64,000 bases of DNA from Octopus vulgaris. Its lineage: Eukaryota. The notes below the pieces were generated by a model that made no database searches, was not told the origin of the DNA, and saw only the letters and a list, made by a program, of their open reading frames with translations. The position numbers and the translations under genes were made by a program. The stretch lies in assembly GCA_951406725.2 (NCBI GenBank), contig OX597821.1, positions 59,706,001 to 59,770,000 of the forward strand. The letters run 5' to 3'. Shown piece by piece: positions 13,210 through 25,929 of this stretch (position 1 is its first letter; each line of letters begins with the position of its first letter).

Positions 13210-14240
13210 TTAACCCTTTAGCACATAAACCAGCCATACCCGGCCAAAATATTCTACATGTTTTGTGTTCAAACCAGCCAGATCTGACCTCTCACACCTA
13301 CCCTACTATGTCATTCTAAAAATGAACAATCACATCATCAAAATCTCAAAGCTACAAGGTAATTTGTGACCAAATAAGAATTACATTTGACAGAGAAACA
13401 TCATCCTCATCATCATCATCATCGTTTGACATCCGCTTTCCATGCTAGCATGGGTAGGATGATTTGACTGAGGACTGGCAAACCAGATGGCTGCACCCGA
13501 CTCCAATCTGATCTGGCAGAGTTTCTACAGCTTGATGCCCTTCCTAATGCCAACCACTCCGAGAGTGTAGTGGGTGCTTTTACGTACCACCAGCATGAGG
13601 GCCAGTGAGGCGGTACTGGCAATGGCCATGCTCAAATGGTGTTTTTTACATGCCACCTGCACAGGATCCAGTCCAGTAGCACTGACAACAACCTCGCTTG
13701 AATGTTTTTTTCACGTGCCACCAGCACAAGTGCCTGTAAGGCAACGCTGGTAATGATCACGCTCGAATGGTGCTTTTTACATGCCACCGGCACGGAATCC
13801 AGTTAGCTGCTCTGGCAACGATCACGCTCAGATGGTGCTCTTAGCACTCCACTAGCACAGATGCCAGTCATCGAATTTGATTTCACTTGCCTCAACAGGT
13901 CTTCGCAAGCAGAGTTTAGTGTCCAATGAAGGAAAGGTACACATGAGTGAGCAGGTTACACCCCTGGCATAGGCCACAAGGTTATGATCTCACTTGGCTT
14001 GCCAGGTCTTCTCAAGCACAGCATATTTCCAAAGGTCCCAGTCACTAGTCATTGCCTCGGTGAGGCCTAACGTTCGAAGGTCATGCTTCACCACCTCATC
14101 CCATGTCTCCCTGGGTCTACCTCTTCCTCAGGTTTCCTCAACCGCTAGGGTGTGACACTTTTTCATACAGTTATCGTCATCCATTCTCGCCACATGACCT
14201 TACCAGCGCAGTCATCTCTCTAGCACACCACAAAGGTTAA
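13210..14240. mobile_element. TTAA MITE interrupted by an RTE LINE 3' fragment (13399-14230, minus strand)
   Basis: ttaaccctttagc left end; RTE insert from (CAT)n tail to ORF end; aaaggttaa right end at 14232-14240. Confidence 0.65.
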
Positions 14241-15884
14241 GACATGGTAGGGTGCAGGAAAAGTAATTCATCTAAGAGCAAAACTGGGAGGGTACCTGAA
14301 ATGTTTGTTTGTGTCTGTGTCTGTGTGTGTGATTCTTAAATTTAAATGTTCTAGCAGCAGATTTTCATTTAGAAGTTGCAATTCTAGCAAAATTAAAATT
14401 GTTAAAATATAATAAATCTTAGTGATTAATTTAGATTTTATGTACCAGCTTTTAACAAACAAGTCAGCTGCTAATCTTATTAAAGAGGAGGATTAATCAT
14501 TAATTAATTAGTAATCTCTTCACAAATTACATCTTCTACAAAGGGCTAATACTAAACAATACATTTGGTAATACTAACAAAATAAAAACCAAATCTTTCT
14601 ACTGAAAAGTTACTAGTTTTACATAGAGTTACTTAGAGGATCACATGGAGTGTGAAACTAAACAGCATTGAACACCACAAGTTCAAGTCCTTGTTACACT
14701 GTGGTGGTTTGTGTGCTGTAGTAATGACCTGAAGGCCTCCAATTCTGGACAGGTGAAAGGATAGAGACCAGACTAAAATGGATGGTAACTCTGTTGGTGT
14801 CAAATAAAAAAAATGCTGGTGATGAAGCCATGTAAAAAGTACTGGTGCAGGTGCCACATACAAAGCATCCATAGAAACCATGCGAAAACAGGCAATGGAA
14901 CCTAGTGCAGCTCTCGGCCTTGCCAGCTCTTGTCAAATCATCCAACCCATGCCAGTATGGAAAATGGACATTAGATGACGACGACGACGATGACGATGGT
15001 GGTGGAGGTGGTGGTGGTGATGAGGAGGAGGAGGATATACCCTGAGGTAAGAATGAGTTTGTGTAGGGCCAGCGCTCCTACATAGAACAGAAAAAGCAAA
15101 GTTCAAAAGCATTGATGACAATTCAAATCCAACAAGACCTGGGAGAAGACAACACAGAATTGAGAGCAGTGGGGAAAAGTTGTTGATAGCTTATGCTCCA
15201 TAGACAGTGGAGGTGGTGGGCTTAAGATGTAAAAGCAAAAGGCAATAAAATGTAGGTCTTGGTATTAATGCTTCTGTAACTTTGCTTTTTTTTCTAAACA
15301 GAGGTGATGACCCTATGCAAACCCATTTTTTATCCTTGAGAAGAGGTGTTTCATATTAGTCTGCTCTCTATCCTTTAACCTGTCCATCATGGGAGGACCT
15401 ATGAGAAGCTTGTGCTCTGTTAGCATAGCTCTCATGAATATTGAAGCACCCAATCATCACCTTCAGAGAAATAAAGATGATGGATATGGTGTTTCAAATC
15501 CCAACCAGTCATCAAAGCAAATACACAAAAGTGCCCTGGTGACTTTTGCCTAAGGCACAATTCTTGATAGGTTATATGAAGATTCCAAGCTGACTCAGTC
15601 ATCAGAGTAACTTCCTTTTCCTCCCTAAATGGATCCAAAATAAGCATGTGCATCCTACATGGCCCAATCTTGGTTGTGATACCTGTCGTTAGGAAGACTT
15701 GTTATTGAACCAGTCACCTTAAGGATAATTTGTTATAGAACCAGTGAGGGTGTGATCCCTGGTGTGTTGCACTCATGATCACAAAATCATGGTTTCGATT
15801 CATTTAATTATATATGAGCATGTCTAGACATGCAAGTATATGCATGAGAAGACATACATAAAACAAAACATACAAATCTGCATG

Positions 15885-16020
15885 TATACATACATACATA
15901 CATACATACATGCATACATACATACATACATACATACATACATACATACATACATACATACATACATACATACCTGCATGCATACATACATACATACATA
16001 CATACATACATACACACACA
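15885..16020. repeat. (ATAC)n microsatellite
   Basis: direct reading. Confidence 0.95.
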
Positions 16021-17358
16021 CATATGAGAGGAAGAAAATGGGATTCACAAGTGTATATAAATTTAATGGACACAAAGGAATTCCTGAAGCAAGTCCAGTA
16101 GCATATACTGCCATATTGTTGTTGACATCAGGTAACCGAATACTGTGAAGAGGCTTTAAACATATAACAAGGTGTATACCAGAATATGAAATTATTACAC
16201 ACACACACACACATCTGTTATAGACAGAAGTGACTCTGATGAAAATAGCATAACTTATTTAGGTTGTTCAATTTTTCCCAACTGATCAATGGGCCGATTA
16301 GTAACCTATCAATAATTAACCTATAGAAACAGCTGTAATTCAAATTTACTACAGTGGAAATAAACTTGTAATGACCATTATTTATGCTTTGTCTTATATA
16401 TATATATATATGTGTGTGCATGTGTGTGTGTGTGTTCAACAGAGTTTTTACAAAGAAACATGATGTTATTCTTTTATTTGTTTCAGTCATTTGACTGCGG
16501 CCATGCTGGAGCACTGCCTTTAGTCGAACAAATCGACCCAAGGACTTATTCTTTGTAAGCCTAGTATTAATCCTATTGGTTTCTTTAGGCCGAACTGCTA
16601 AGTTATGGGGATGTAAACACATCAACATCGGTTGTCAAGTGATGGGGAGGGGACATAGACACACAAACACACACACACACACATGCACACATGCAAGCAT
16701 GCACACACACATATATATACATGTAGTTTGTCTGTCAATGCGACGAAGACCATCTCGTCATCCTTGGGTGGGAGTGGGCCTGTTTTGTGAGTCCGCCGAT
16801 GGCTAAGGAGGCCAATCTGCGCCCAAAAGTGTCTTTGACAGTGTGGACGGGGAATGGTAGTGCCTGCTACAGGGTTGTTAGCTCTGTTCTTCCTGGTTTG
16901 TCTGCGGTCTTCTGCAGCAGTGATCCTATTGGTCTCGCACGTCTTGGCACCTTTGTGGACAGCTGATCGCCACCCTTCTCTGTCTGGAGCAGACTGCTCT
17001 GGACTGAACCCAGAACCATGAGGTTATAAAGCAAGCTACTTACCACACAGCCACTCCTGTGCCTATAGTCACAATATCTAAAAAAGATTTTCTTATATTT
17101 TCTAAGAAAACTTCCTTTCAGGCAGTTCATGTCATTCTTTTTTTTTTTTCAAGATATTTTTATATAATTAATAATTTCTATTTTAAGAAAATCTTTCTTG
17201 AAATGTGTGTTGATGCATGTGTGAGTGCATTTAGTTAAATATTTAGACTTGAATATTTAGGTCTCTTTTCATGATTACCACAGTAAATCAACAATGCTGG
17301 CTGAGGGTTTACCCAGATTGTGTGAATATCTAAAAAAAATTTTTTAATAACAAACATA

Positions 17359-17771
17359 GGCGCAGGAGTGACTGTGTGGTAAGTAGCTTGCTAACCAACC
17401 ACATGGTTCCGGGTTCAGTACCACTGCGTGGCATCTTGGGCAAGTGTCTTCTGCTATAGCCCCGGGCTGACCAATGCCTTGTGAGTGGATTTGGTAGACG
17501 AAAACTGAAAGAAGCCTGTCGTATATATGTATATATATATGTGTATGTGTGTGTGTGTGTGTGTGTTTGTGTTTGTCCCCCTAGCATTGCTTGACAACCG
17601 ATGCTAGTGTGTTTACGTCCCCCGTCACTTAGTGGTTCAGCAAAAAGAGACCGATAGAATAAGTACTGGGCTTACAAAGAATAAGTCCCGGGGTCGATTT
17701 GCGCGACTAAAGGCAGTGCTCCAGCATGGCCGCAGTCAAAATGACTGAAACAAGTAAAAGAGAGTAAAGAG
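17359..17771 (+). mobile_element. Full-length tRNA-derived SINE family A
   Basis: A-box-like gactgtgtggtaag, B-box ggttcagtacc, ttgggcaagtgtcttc domain, internal (TA/TG)n, 3' stem-loop cagtca-aaa-tgactg and AAGAGT tail. Confidence 0.88.
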
Positions 17772-18171
17772 TATATATACATATGAAATCACTGATACAC
17801 ACATACAAATATAGATGTGTGTGTGTGTGTGTATAGAAATTCTTATTACATAGTGATTAACAAAAGGTGTGGTATTTTTACCTTTATTTTCTTTCTGTTC
17901 CATTACATTTATAAATGGTTTGTTGGATGTATGTATTAACTAATATTAGTGTTCCATTGTATCATATAATGACGTTACACTTTTCAATACGTGTGTTTGT
18001 ATATATATATATATACATATAAATGTATATATGTATATATATACATATATATGTATATATGTATATATATACATATATATGTATACACGTCTATCTGTCT
18101 ACATACACCCACATATAAATATGAATATATGTACATACGTGTGTGTATGTATGTATATATATGTGTATGTA

Positions 18172-18203
<32 letters not shown>

Positions 18204-18580
18204 ACACATATGACAGGTGGAAAATGGAATATACAAGAAATTTTGCATTTGTTGTATACAAAATAAACACTGAGGAATTCCTGTTGTAGATCTACCAACA
18301 ATTGTGTAAATACTGTTGATGACATCAGGTAGCTACAGGTAGTGAATGTGCTTCATTGGTTACTTACTAGGTATATCATACATACATACATACATACATA
18401 CATACATACATAAATACATAAATACATACATACATATATACATACATACATACATATACATATATATATATATATATATATATCAATAAATCTTAAGGTA
18501 GCAAAAAAGTTTTAGAAAAATTCTTTGCTACTAGTGGTCTAGTGAGAAGAAAAAACTAGTCAATAGACTATATATTATTC

Positions 18581-18796
18581 ATATAAAAATACAGTGTACT
18601 TTCAAACATATAAGAGATAGCCATAACAGGACATCTGACGCGCTTGAAAGTGTAGTCAAACTACAAACCACTAAACTGGTAATTTCGAAATTTCCTTTCA
18701 AAATTACCACTATTTAGTGGTTTGTAGTTTAACTACTCTTTCTAGCAAGTCAGATGTCCTCTTATGGCCATCTCTTATGTATTTTAATGTACACTG

Positions 18797-18807
<11 letters not shown>
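18581..18807. repeat. ~225-bp imperfect palindrome (foldback)
   Basis: atataaaaatacagtgtac...ggacatctgac...aaactacaaaccactaaa is mirrored by tttagtggtttgtagttt...gtcagatgtcc...gtacactgtatttttatat. Confidence 0.85.
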
Positions 18808-18828
<21 letters not shown>

Positions 18829-19379
18829 AATTTATAAATAGGGATAATATCGATATTTAAATATTGATATTATCAAGTGGCCAGCAGGGGAAAAAATACC
18901 GTACAAAGGTAATAATTTTTTTACAACTAAAAATAAGGGTGTCTGAGAGACACCACCATACCGTAATAGCAGTCAAAACCCTGACTTTAAAAACCATGTT
19001 AAATGTTCATATCATACCATGAGATAAGACAGAGGGACAAAATAGACTAGCAAAAAATATTATTGAATAATTCAAGATCCAGGGTGTCTCTCAGACACCC
19101 TTATTTTTAGTTATATATATGTATATATATTTACAGATACAAAGGTATATACATGCAGAGTATGTTGTCTATTTCAGTACAAAGTTTTAATGTAAGGAAA
19201 ACTAATATATTTTTACAGAATATTTGGGTGTATATGCCATATTTCATGGGGTTTTTTCCACTTCATCAGCACCCATTTAACCCATTCTCACCTCCAAACA
19301 CATTGCTTATATAGCCACCATATACAGCAGTGTTCAGTTATTGGATGTAAACATACTCTAACACAAATAAAGCTAAAGG

Positions 19380-19900
19380 CTATTCAATAAAAACCACCAT
19401 CAGCTATGCTTATTACCTCAGTACAGCTTCTGAATTGACTAAATGTGTTGATTAAGTGGTCTTTATTTATGCTTGCAAAACATCCCCTAATAACAGACAT
19501 CAATGAGTCCTTGGTATTGTGGGTGTTCTTGTTGGTCTCCCTCTCAACAATGCCCCAGATGTAGTTTCTATGGGGGTTGAAAACTAGAGAGCTAGAAGGC
19601 CAAATGTTAGGGGTAACAGGATCGTGAAAATTTTCAGCCATCTAGTTCTGGGTTATGCAGGCTGTGAGAGAGGGAGCAGAGTCTTGCAAGAACACATACG
19701 GCTCTACTCCAAAGCAACTGTCTTGATCCAGAGCTTGAGAGGCATCTCCAATATCTCAAGGTATGCAGCCGTATTGATCAAAAGCCCTTGTAGGAAAAAC
19801 TGTGGAAACACAACGTAGCCATCATTGCACATGCCACACCCCAACCCCAGACCATCACAGACAAGGGGAACTTGGTTTGTGTAACAGTGAGGGCTTCAGT
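19380..19900 (-). mobile_element. Degenerate Tc1/mariner-superfamily transposase fragment (maT/DD37D-like)
   Basis: NIWPSSS...NP..NYIWGIVERETNK..HNTKDSL...ADGGF resembles the WPPSSPDLNPLDY.VWG C-terminus. Confidence 0.7.
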
Positions 19901-20174
19901 GGGAATTGCCAGATATTAACACCATGACACACGCAAATATATGGTTCCACACATACACATAATTTGATACGGGTGCAAAACATCCAACACTATTTTTTGG
20001 AAATGACTGTAAATATTGACTTCACACAAACACGTTGCTTCCCGATACAGGCACAAGGCCAGCAGAACTATAAATATTGAAAATTGTACACATGCACACA
20101 TATATACACGCGCGCACGTCCCAACATACATATAAACACACACACACACACACACGCGCACACATACATACATA

Positions 20175-20810
20175 TAGCTCTTCCTGTCCTTAAGGAACTT
20201 ACTTATCCAGCTCAAATTCAGTCAAGCGGAAAATACACTCCTTAACTACAGGCTAAAAGGCTATTTAAAATATCGACATGACGTCTACTGACCAGCCTGA
20301 ACAATAAGAATTTTCAACAATGCTATTTTCGAAAACTCCATACACCACCCACACCAACATTCATTCTAAACATTCACATGACCTCTCTATTATGACCACA
20401 TTCACGTGACCACTTTATTATGACCAATAAGAAATTTTAGGCGCAATACTAGCCAAATTTTCACATCTCTGGAGCCTATTTTCTTACCCCAACACCAACT
20501 TCCATTCAAACATTCACGTGACCCCCTTTATAATGACCAATCAAAATTGTATTGACCATTGTCCACAAGAAATTTTAGGCGCGAAACCAAGCAAATCTTA
20601 AACAACTCTGGAGCCTCTTTTTTCACATATAAGAGACAGCAAACCCAACATAAAGTCAGATAAGAGAAAAAAATCAATCAGAAAGGAACTCTATCTCTAT
20701 CTCACTCAAAATATCTTTTTGATAAGCATAACAAATGCGCAACCGGTAAAAAGAACTTTCACCTAATTAAATACACTCTCCCTTACTTAAATTATTTTGT
20801 CAGCATTTTC
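20175..20810 (+). mobile_element. Penelope-like 3' fragment with internal ~140-150-bp tandem repeat
   Basis: ELLIQLK...TLLNYRLKGYLKYRH resembles the PLE GIY-YIG C-terminus (LLN.R.E...CRH); duplicated cattcacgtgacc / aagaaattttaggcgc units. Confidence 0.4.
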
Positions 20811-20839
20811 TTCATTTCCTTTTTTTATATATATATTTT

Positions 20840-21808
20840 TTTTTTCCTAGTTTCAGCTCAGAGCTGCGGCCATGCTGATGCACCGCTGTCTTGTGCTACA
20901 CTGTTATTACGACGAACCTCGTCTAATATGTGGCACTTGGTGAAGAATGGAGTTTGATATAGCTACTCTCATTTGCACCTCCTGCCGTGAGGTAGGTTCA
21001 TCTGGGACTCTTGACAGGAAGATGTCCAGCTTTGATTTAAAAACCGCTACATCCACTTTGTGCAAGTTCCTCAGACTCTTTAGGAGAATATTAAAAAGCT
21101 GTGGGCCCTTGAAACCCAGGCTGTTGCAGAAGCTGGTCCTGAAGCGTGATGGCATTGCTGGGATCTTTGGCACTATGCAGTGTCTTCCCATTCTAGCATT
21201 GGTGTAGCTTACAATGCCAAAATTTGGCACAATTCCTTCCAGGATCTTCCAGACATATATTACTGCATACCTCTCCCGTCTTCTCTCCAGGGAGTAGAGT
21301 CTTAGCTGTTTCAACCTTTCCCAGTAGCTGAGCTGTTGCAAAGAGATGATCTTCTTTGTGAATCTTCTCTGGATTGCTTCAAGGTCCGCTGTTAATTTTA
21401 CACTGGTGGGTGACCATAGCTGTGAGCAGTAATCCAGGCGACTGAGGACGAATGTCCGCCAGAGGACCATCATGGTTTCCTTATCTCTGGTTCTGAATGT
21501 TCTTAGGATCCACCCAGCCAGTCGTCTGCACTTTGTCGCCATCCTGGTAATGTGCACTTGGAAAGAGGTATCATCACTCATGTCGATACCCAGGTCCCTC
21601 ACAGACTTAGGCTCTGGGATTGAAATTCCCTGTGGACCGGTGTATCCTGTAAGTTTAATATTCAGTTTTGGATGCTGGTAGTGCAGGGCCTGGAATTTTT
21701 CAGCATTAAACTGCATATTATTATCCTCAGCCCATCTGTAGATTGAGTCCAACTCCTGCTGCAGGTGTGCAACATCGCTGGGGTTCTGTATTTTCTGCGA
21801 GACTTTCG

Positions 21809-21809
<1 letters not shown>
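20840..21809 (-). mobile_element. Young 5'-truncated CR1-like LINE; uninterrupted ORF2 C-terminal ~300 codons (20907-21809)
   Basis: TKV...LQQELDSIYRWAEDNNMQFNAEKF...VRDLGI...RLDYCSQLWSP...LEAIQRRFTK...YWERLKQLRLYSLERRRERY; no stops; short 3' UTR. Confidence 0.92.
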
Positions 21810-21840
<31 letters not shown>

Positions 21841-21849
21841 ATATATATT

Positions 21850-21926
<77 letters not shown>

Positions 21927-21973
21927 TTAATTAATAAGGGTGAGAGAATTAGATACTAATTTAATAGTATATC

Positions 21974-22052
21974 TTGGCTGACGAGCTACAAATGGATTTT
22001 TTTTGTAAGTAAAATTACATTTAATTCATTAATAGCGAAACAATTGTCCCAA
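21974..22052 (+). ncRNA. Type I hammerhead ribozyme, copy 1
   Basis: ttgg-CTGACGA-gcta...tagc-GAAA-caattg-TC-ccaa; predicted cleavage after 22048. Confidence 0.75.
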
Positions 22053-22500
22053 AATAATCTGTATTTTTGTTATTTTTTATTTGCCCTGTCCGTGTGAGCT
22101 AACAATCGTACTGACTTTCATGGGAAGCATATATTTTCGTGGTTGAAACCTTTTGGATTAACTGGTGCTAGAGTGAGCCATATAGTGACCACTCTCTTAT
22201 ATTTATTTTGTAAAAATATTATAATATGTTATAAAATATTATAATAATCCAGGTTTCTCGTAGCACTAGGCCACTTGGTGTGGAATAGATATACTATTAA
22301 ATTAGTATCTAATTCTCTCACCCTTATTAATTAATTATAATTATGCTGCATTTATTTCTAAATGCTGTATTTGTTTTCCGTGAGAGTTTGGCGCGCTGTT
22401 AGTTGGGGCATTTGAATTATAACGTCGGATGTAATCAATTGAACCACACGCGTATTTATCGTTATGGTAAAATCTGGCGTGTGATTGAGTGGATTTCATC

Positions 22501-22597
22501 CAGATAGTCTTGGCTGACGAGCTACAAATGGATTTTTTTTGTAAGTAAAATTACATTTAATTCATTAATAGCGAAACAATTGTCCCAAAATAATCTG
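22501..22597 (+). ncRNA. Type I hammerhead ribozyme, copy 2 (extended stem I)
   Basis: cagat..ttgg-CTGACGA-gcta...tagc-GAAA-caattg-TC-ccaa..atctg; predicted cleavage after 22584. Confidence 0.8.
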
Positions 22598-22739
22598 TAT
22601 TTTTGTTATTTTTTATTTGCCCTGTCCGTGTGAGCTAACAATCGTACTGACTTTCATGGGAAGCATATATTTTCGTGGTTGAAACCTTTTGGATTAACTG
22701 GTGCTAGAGTGAGCCATATAGTGACCACTCTCTTATATT

Positions 22740-22792
<53 letters not shown>

Positions 22793-22935
22793 GGTACGTA
22801 AGTGCTACGGGTGGGCTGCAGTTAGACTCTTGGTTCAATAATAATACGAATGAGGAGTTTAATGCAGGTCTTGTATGAGCATATATATGTTAAATAAAAT
22901 GGAACAACAAAACCAAGCCTTGGGTTTGTTGTCTC

Positions 22936-22979
<44 letters not shown>

Positions 22980-22984
<5 letters not shown>

Positions 22985-23290
22985 ATATTTCGGAATGGTC
23001 ATATTGCCAGTTTAGCCAATAAAAACACACGCACTATATATTTGGTGTTATTTTGCTTCAGTGATATTTATTTTTTACATTAATCTTAATCTTATTTCGT
23101 CCAGAGTTCTTTCGTCACACTCCTGTGACCGCATCAGTGGTCCTTTGTTTTCTTCTCACTTATTTGTGTCTCTCCTTACTAACCGTCAGCCATATATAGT
23201 GCGTGTGTTTTTATTGGCTAAACTGGCAATATGACCATTCCGAAATATAACAATATCTGTTTCAACACACGACTTCACATAAAAAATCTT
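22980..23290 (-). mobile_element. Small Penelope-like unit with 62-bp perfect inverted repeats and a degenerate hammerhead
   Basis: 22980-23041 is the reverse complement of 23192-23253; minus strand 23099-23143 reads cca-CTGATGCG-gtcaca-ggag-tgtgac-GAAA-gaac-TC-tgg. Confidence 0.6.
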
Positions 23291-23309
23291 GCACAACAAA
23301 TATTTAAAC

Positions 23310-23461
<152 letters not shown>

Positions 23462-23865
23462 ATGCAAACATACATATACACATATTTGTGTGGGTATGTA
23501 TACTATACATACACACATACACCCACATGCTCATACATATGCACACAAACACAAAAAGAAAAATAATATCATTATTTGTTATTGTTTACGACCTGGTGTC
23601 AACATGTACCATGCTTCTATTAATGGCTCTGACGTGTTTCTGAAATTATAAGCTGACTCTTAGACACACTTGATCCTCCCACATATGACTCAGTAAAATA
23701 ACAGAATGTGATGGCTGTCACTTTATTGAACGTGAAAGGGGGAACAGCACAGCAAAATTTTGTTGTATTTCAACTCAGAGTATAGAAAGTTGGAACAAAA
23801 ATCGTGAAGCAGTTTATCTGACAGTCCAGTGACACCAGCAGTTCAGTTCACTGCCTATGTATGTC

Positions 23866-24728
23866 GTCTGATCAATAAGTGTCTGGATTGTTGCCATAGT
23901 AGCAAAGTTAAAGTACATAGAGTGAAGCTGCTTGGCAAAGATTGATCTTGAACTCTGCTGTGCATGTGCACTAAGTTTTAATGTTCTAGCTCACTTCTGC
24001 TGTTTATAGCAGTGCTTGGAAGGAAGGTGTGTAGCATGTGATTGTTCCATTGACCATGACAGAGAAAGTTGTCATAGTGATACCTGCTCAGAGGCCTATG
24101 CAAAGTTGCAGAAAGTGTATGGAGAGGAGTGTATGAGCCACACATAAGTGCACAAGTGGTTCAGACGTTTCCAAGAAGGCCAAAATAATGTCAATATTGA
24201 CGAACATTCTGGGAGACCTGCAACCAACAAAACTGAGAAAAACATCGCAGATGTGCGTGCTGCTGTGATGGGAAATCATTGAATCACCATCTGTGAATGA
24301 TCAAAGGATGTACAGATTAGTGATGGTTCAGTTCAGTACATTATCACTGAAGATTTGAGTATGAGACAAATGTCTGCCTAGTTTGTGCCAAACTACTTTC
24401 AACTGACCAAAAAGACACTGGGGTTTCAGTTGCATAAGATCTCCTTGATTGTGTTGAGAATGATGAGGCCTCTGAGCAAGTATCACTAAGCTTTTGACAA
24501 AATTTGTTGCAGATTCTCTGCTCAACTTTTTCTGCCATGGTCAAAGCAATGATCACACACTACACACCTTCCTTCCAAGCGCAGCTGTAAACAGCAGAAG
24601 TGAGCTAGAACGTTAAAACTTAGGGTACATGCATAGCAGAGTTCAAGGTCAATCTGTGCAAAGCGGCTTCACTTTTTGTGCTTTAACTTCGATACTATAG
24701 CAACAGTCCAGATACTTATTGATCAGAC
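23866..24728. mobile_element. Non-autonomous mariner built from two opposed 5' ends (~200-bp inverted arms)
   Basis: gtctgatcaataagt... / ...acttattgatcagac; plus strand encodes a decayed HTH (AYAKLQKVYGEECMS...WFRRFQEG...SGRP); minus arm encodes MAEKVEQRICNKFCQKL. Confidence 0.8.
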
Positions 24729-24749
24729 CACACACACACACACACACAT

Positions 24750-25724
24750 ATGAGGGCCTCTCACTCAGAGTAAAAGGTAGACTGTATGATGCATGTGTAC
24801 GAACAGCCATGCTACATGGCAGTGAAACATGGGCTGTGACTGCTGAGGACATGCGTAAGCTCACAAGGAACGAAGCCAGTATGCTCCAATGGATGTGTAA
24901 TGTCAGAGTGCATACTCAACAGAGTGTAAGTACCCGAGAGAAAAGTTGGACCTAAGAAGCATCAGATGTGGCATGCAAGAGAGATGACTGCACAGGTATG
25001 GTCATGTATTGTGAATGAATGAGGATAGCTGTGTGAAAAAGTGTCACATTCTAGCAGTTGAGGGAACCTTTGGAAGAGGTAGACCTAGGAAGACCTGGGA
25101 TGAGGTGGTGAAGCATGACCTTTGAACATTAGGCCTCACCGAGGCAATGACTAGTGACTAAGACCTTTGGAAATATGCTATACTTGAGAAGACCTGGCAA
25201 GCCAAGTGAACTCATAACCTCATGGCCTATGCCAGGGGTGTAACCAGCCCACTTATGCATACCTTTCCTTCATTGGACACTAAATTCTGCTTGCGAAGAC
25301 CTGTTGAGGCAAGTGAAATCGAAATCAAATCCGATGACTGGCATCCATGCTAGTGGAGCACTAAGAGCACCATACGAGTGTGATCATTACCAGTGTTACC
25401 TTATTGGCACGTGAAAAACATTCGAGTGAGGTCGTTGCCAGTGTCGCTGGACTGGCTCCTGTGCAGGTGGCATGTAAAAAGCACCATCCAAGCATGGCTG
25501 TTGCCAGTACCGCCTGACTGGCCCTCATGCTGGAGGCATGTAAAAGCACCCACTACACTCTCGAAGTGGTTGGCATTAGGAAGGGCATCCAGCTGTAGAA
25601 ACTTTGCCAGATCAGATTGGAGCCTGATGCAGCCTTCTGGCTTGCCAGCCCTCAGTCAAACTATCCAACCTATGCCAGCATGGAAAGTGGACGTTAAATG
25701 ACGACGACGATGATGATAATGATG
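24750..25724 (+). mobile_element. RTE LINE 3' fragment with full 3' UTR and (GAT)n tail
   Basis: LSLRVKGRLYDACVRTAMLHGSETWAV...GRGRPRKTWDEVVKHDL. Confidence 0.88.
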
Positions 25725-25929
25725 ATCACCTTCATAGAGAAGAACAATAATAGGTAACAAGCTTCGAAACATCTGGTAAGGAAGTATTTCAACAACAAAG
25801 CTAACCATCTTCAGGTTCTGTGAAGAGAACATTCTTCGCCATGAAGCTGAATCCTGAACTATGTAAAAAGGAATTCAAAATCACCTTGATGGTACATACA
25901 TCAAGCTTCTCAAGACCAAAGAGTAGATC

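Larger units (their letters stand above)
21927..22745 (+). mobile_element. Penelope-like/retrozyme-like unit: 238-bp direct repeats (21972-22209, 22508-22745) plus 48-bp inverted repeat (21927-21974 / 22287-22334), inside (TA)n
   Basis: near-identical direct repeats, each with a hammerhead core; inverted terminal segment is typical of PLE insertions. Confidence 0.8.
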
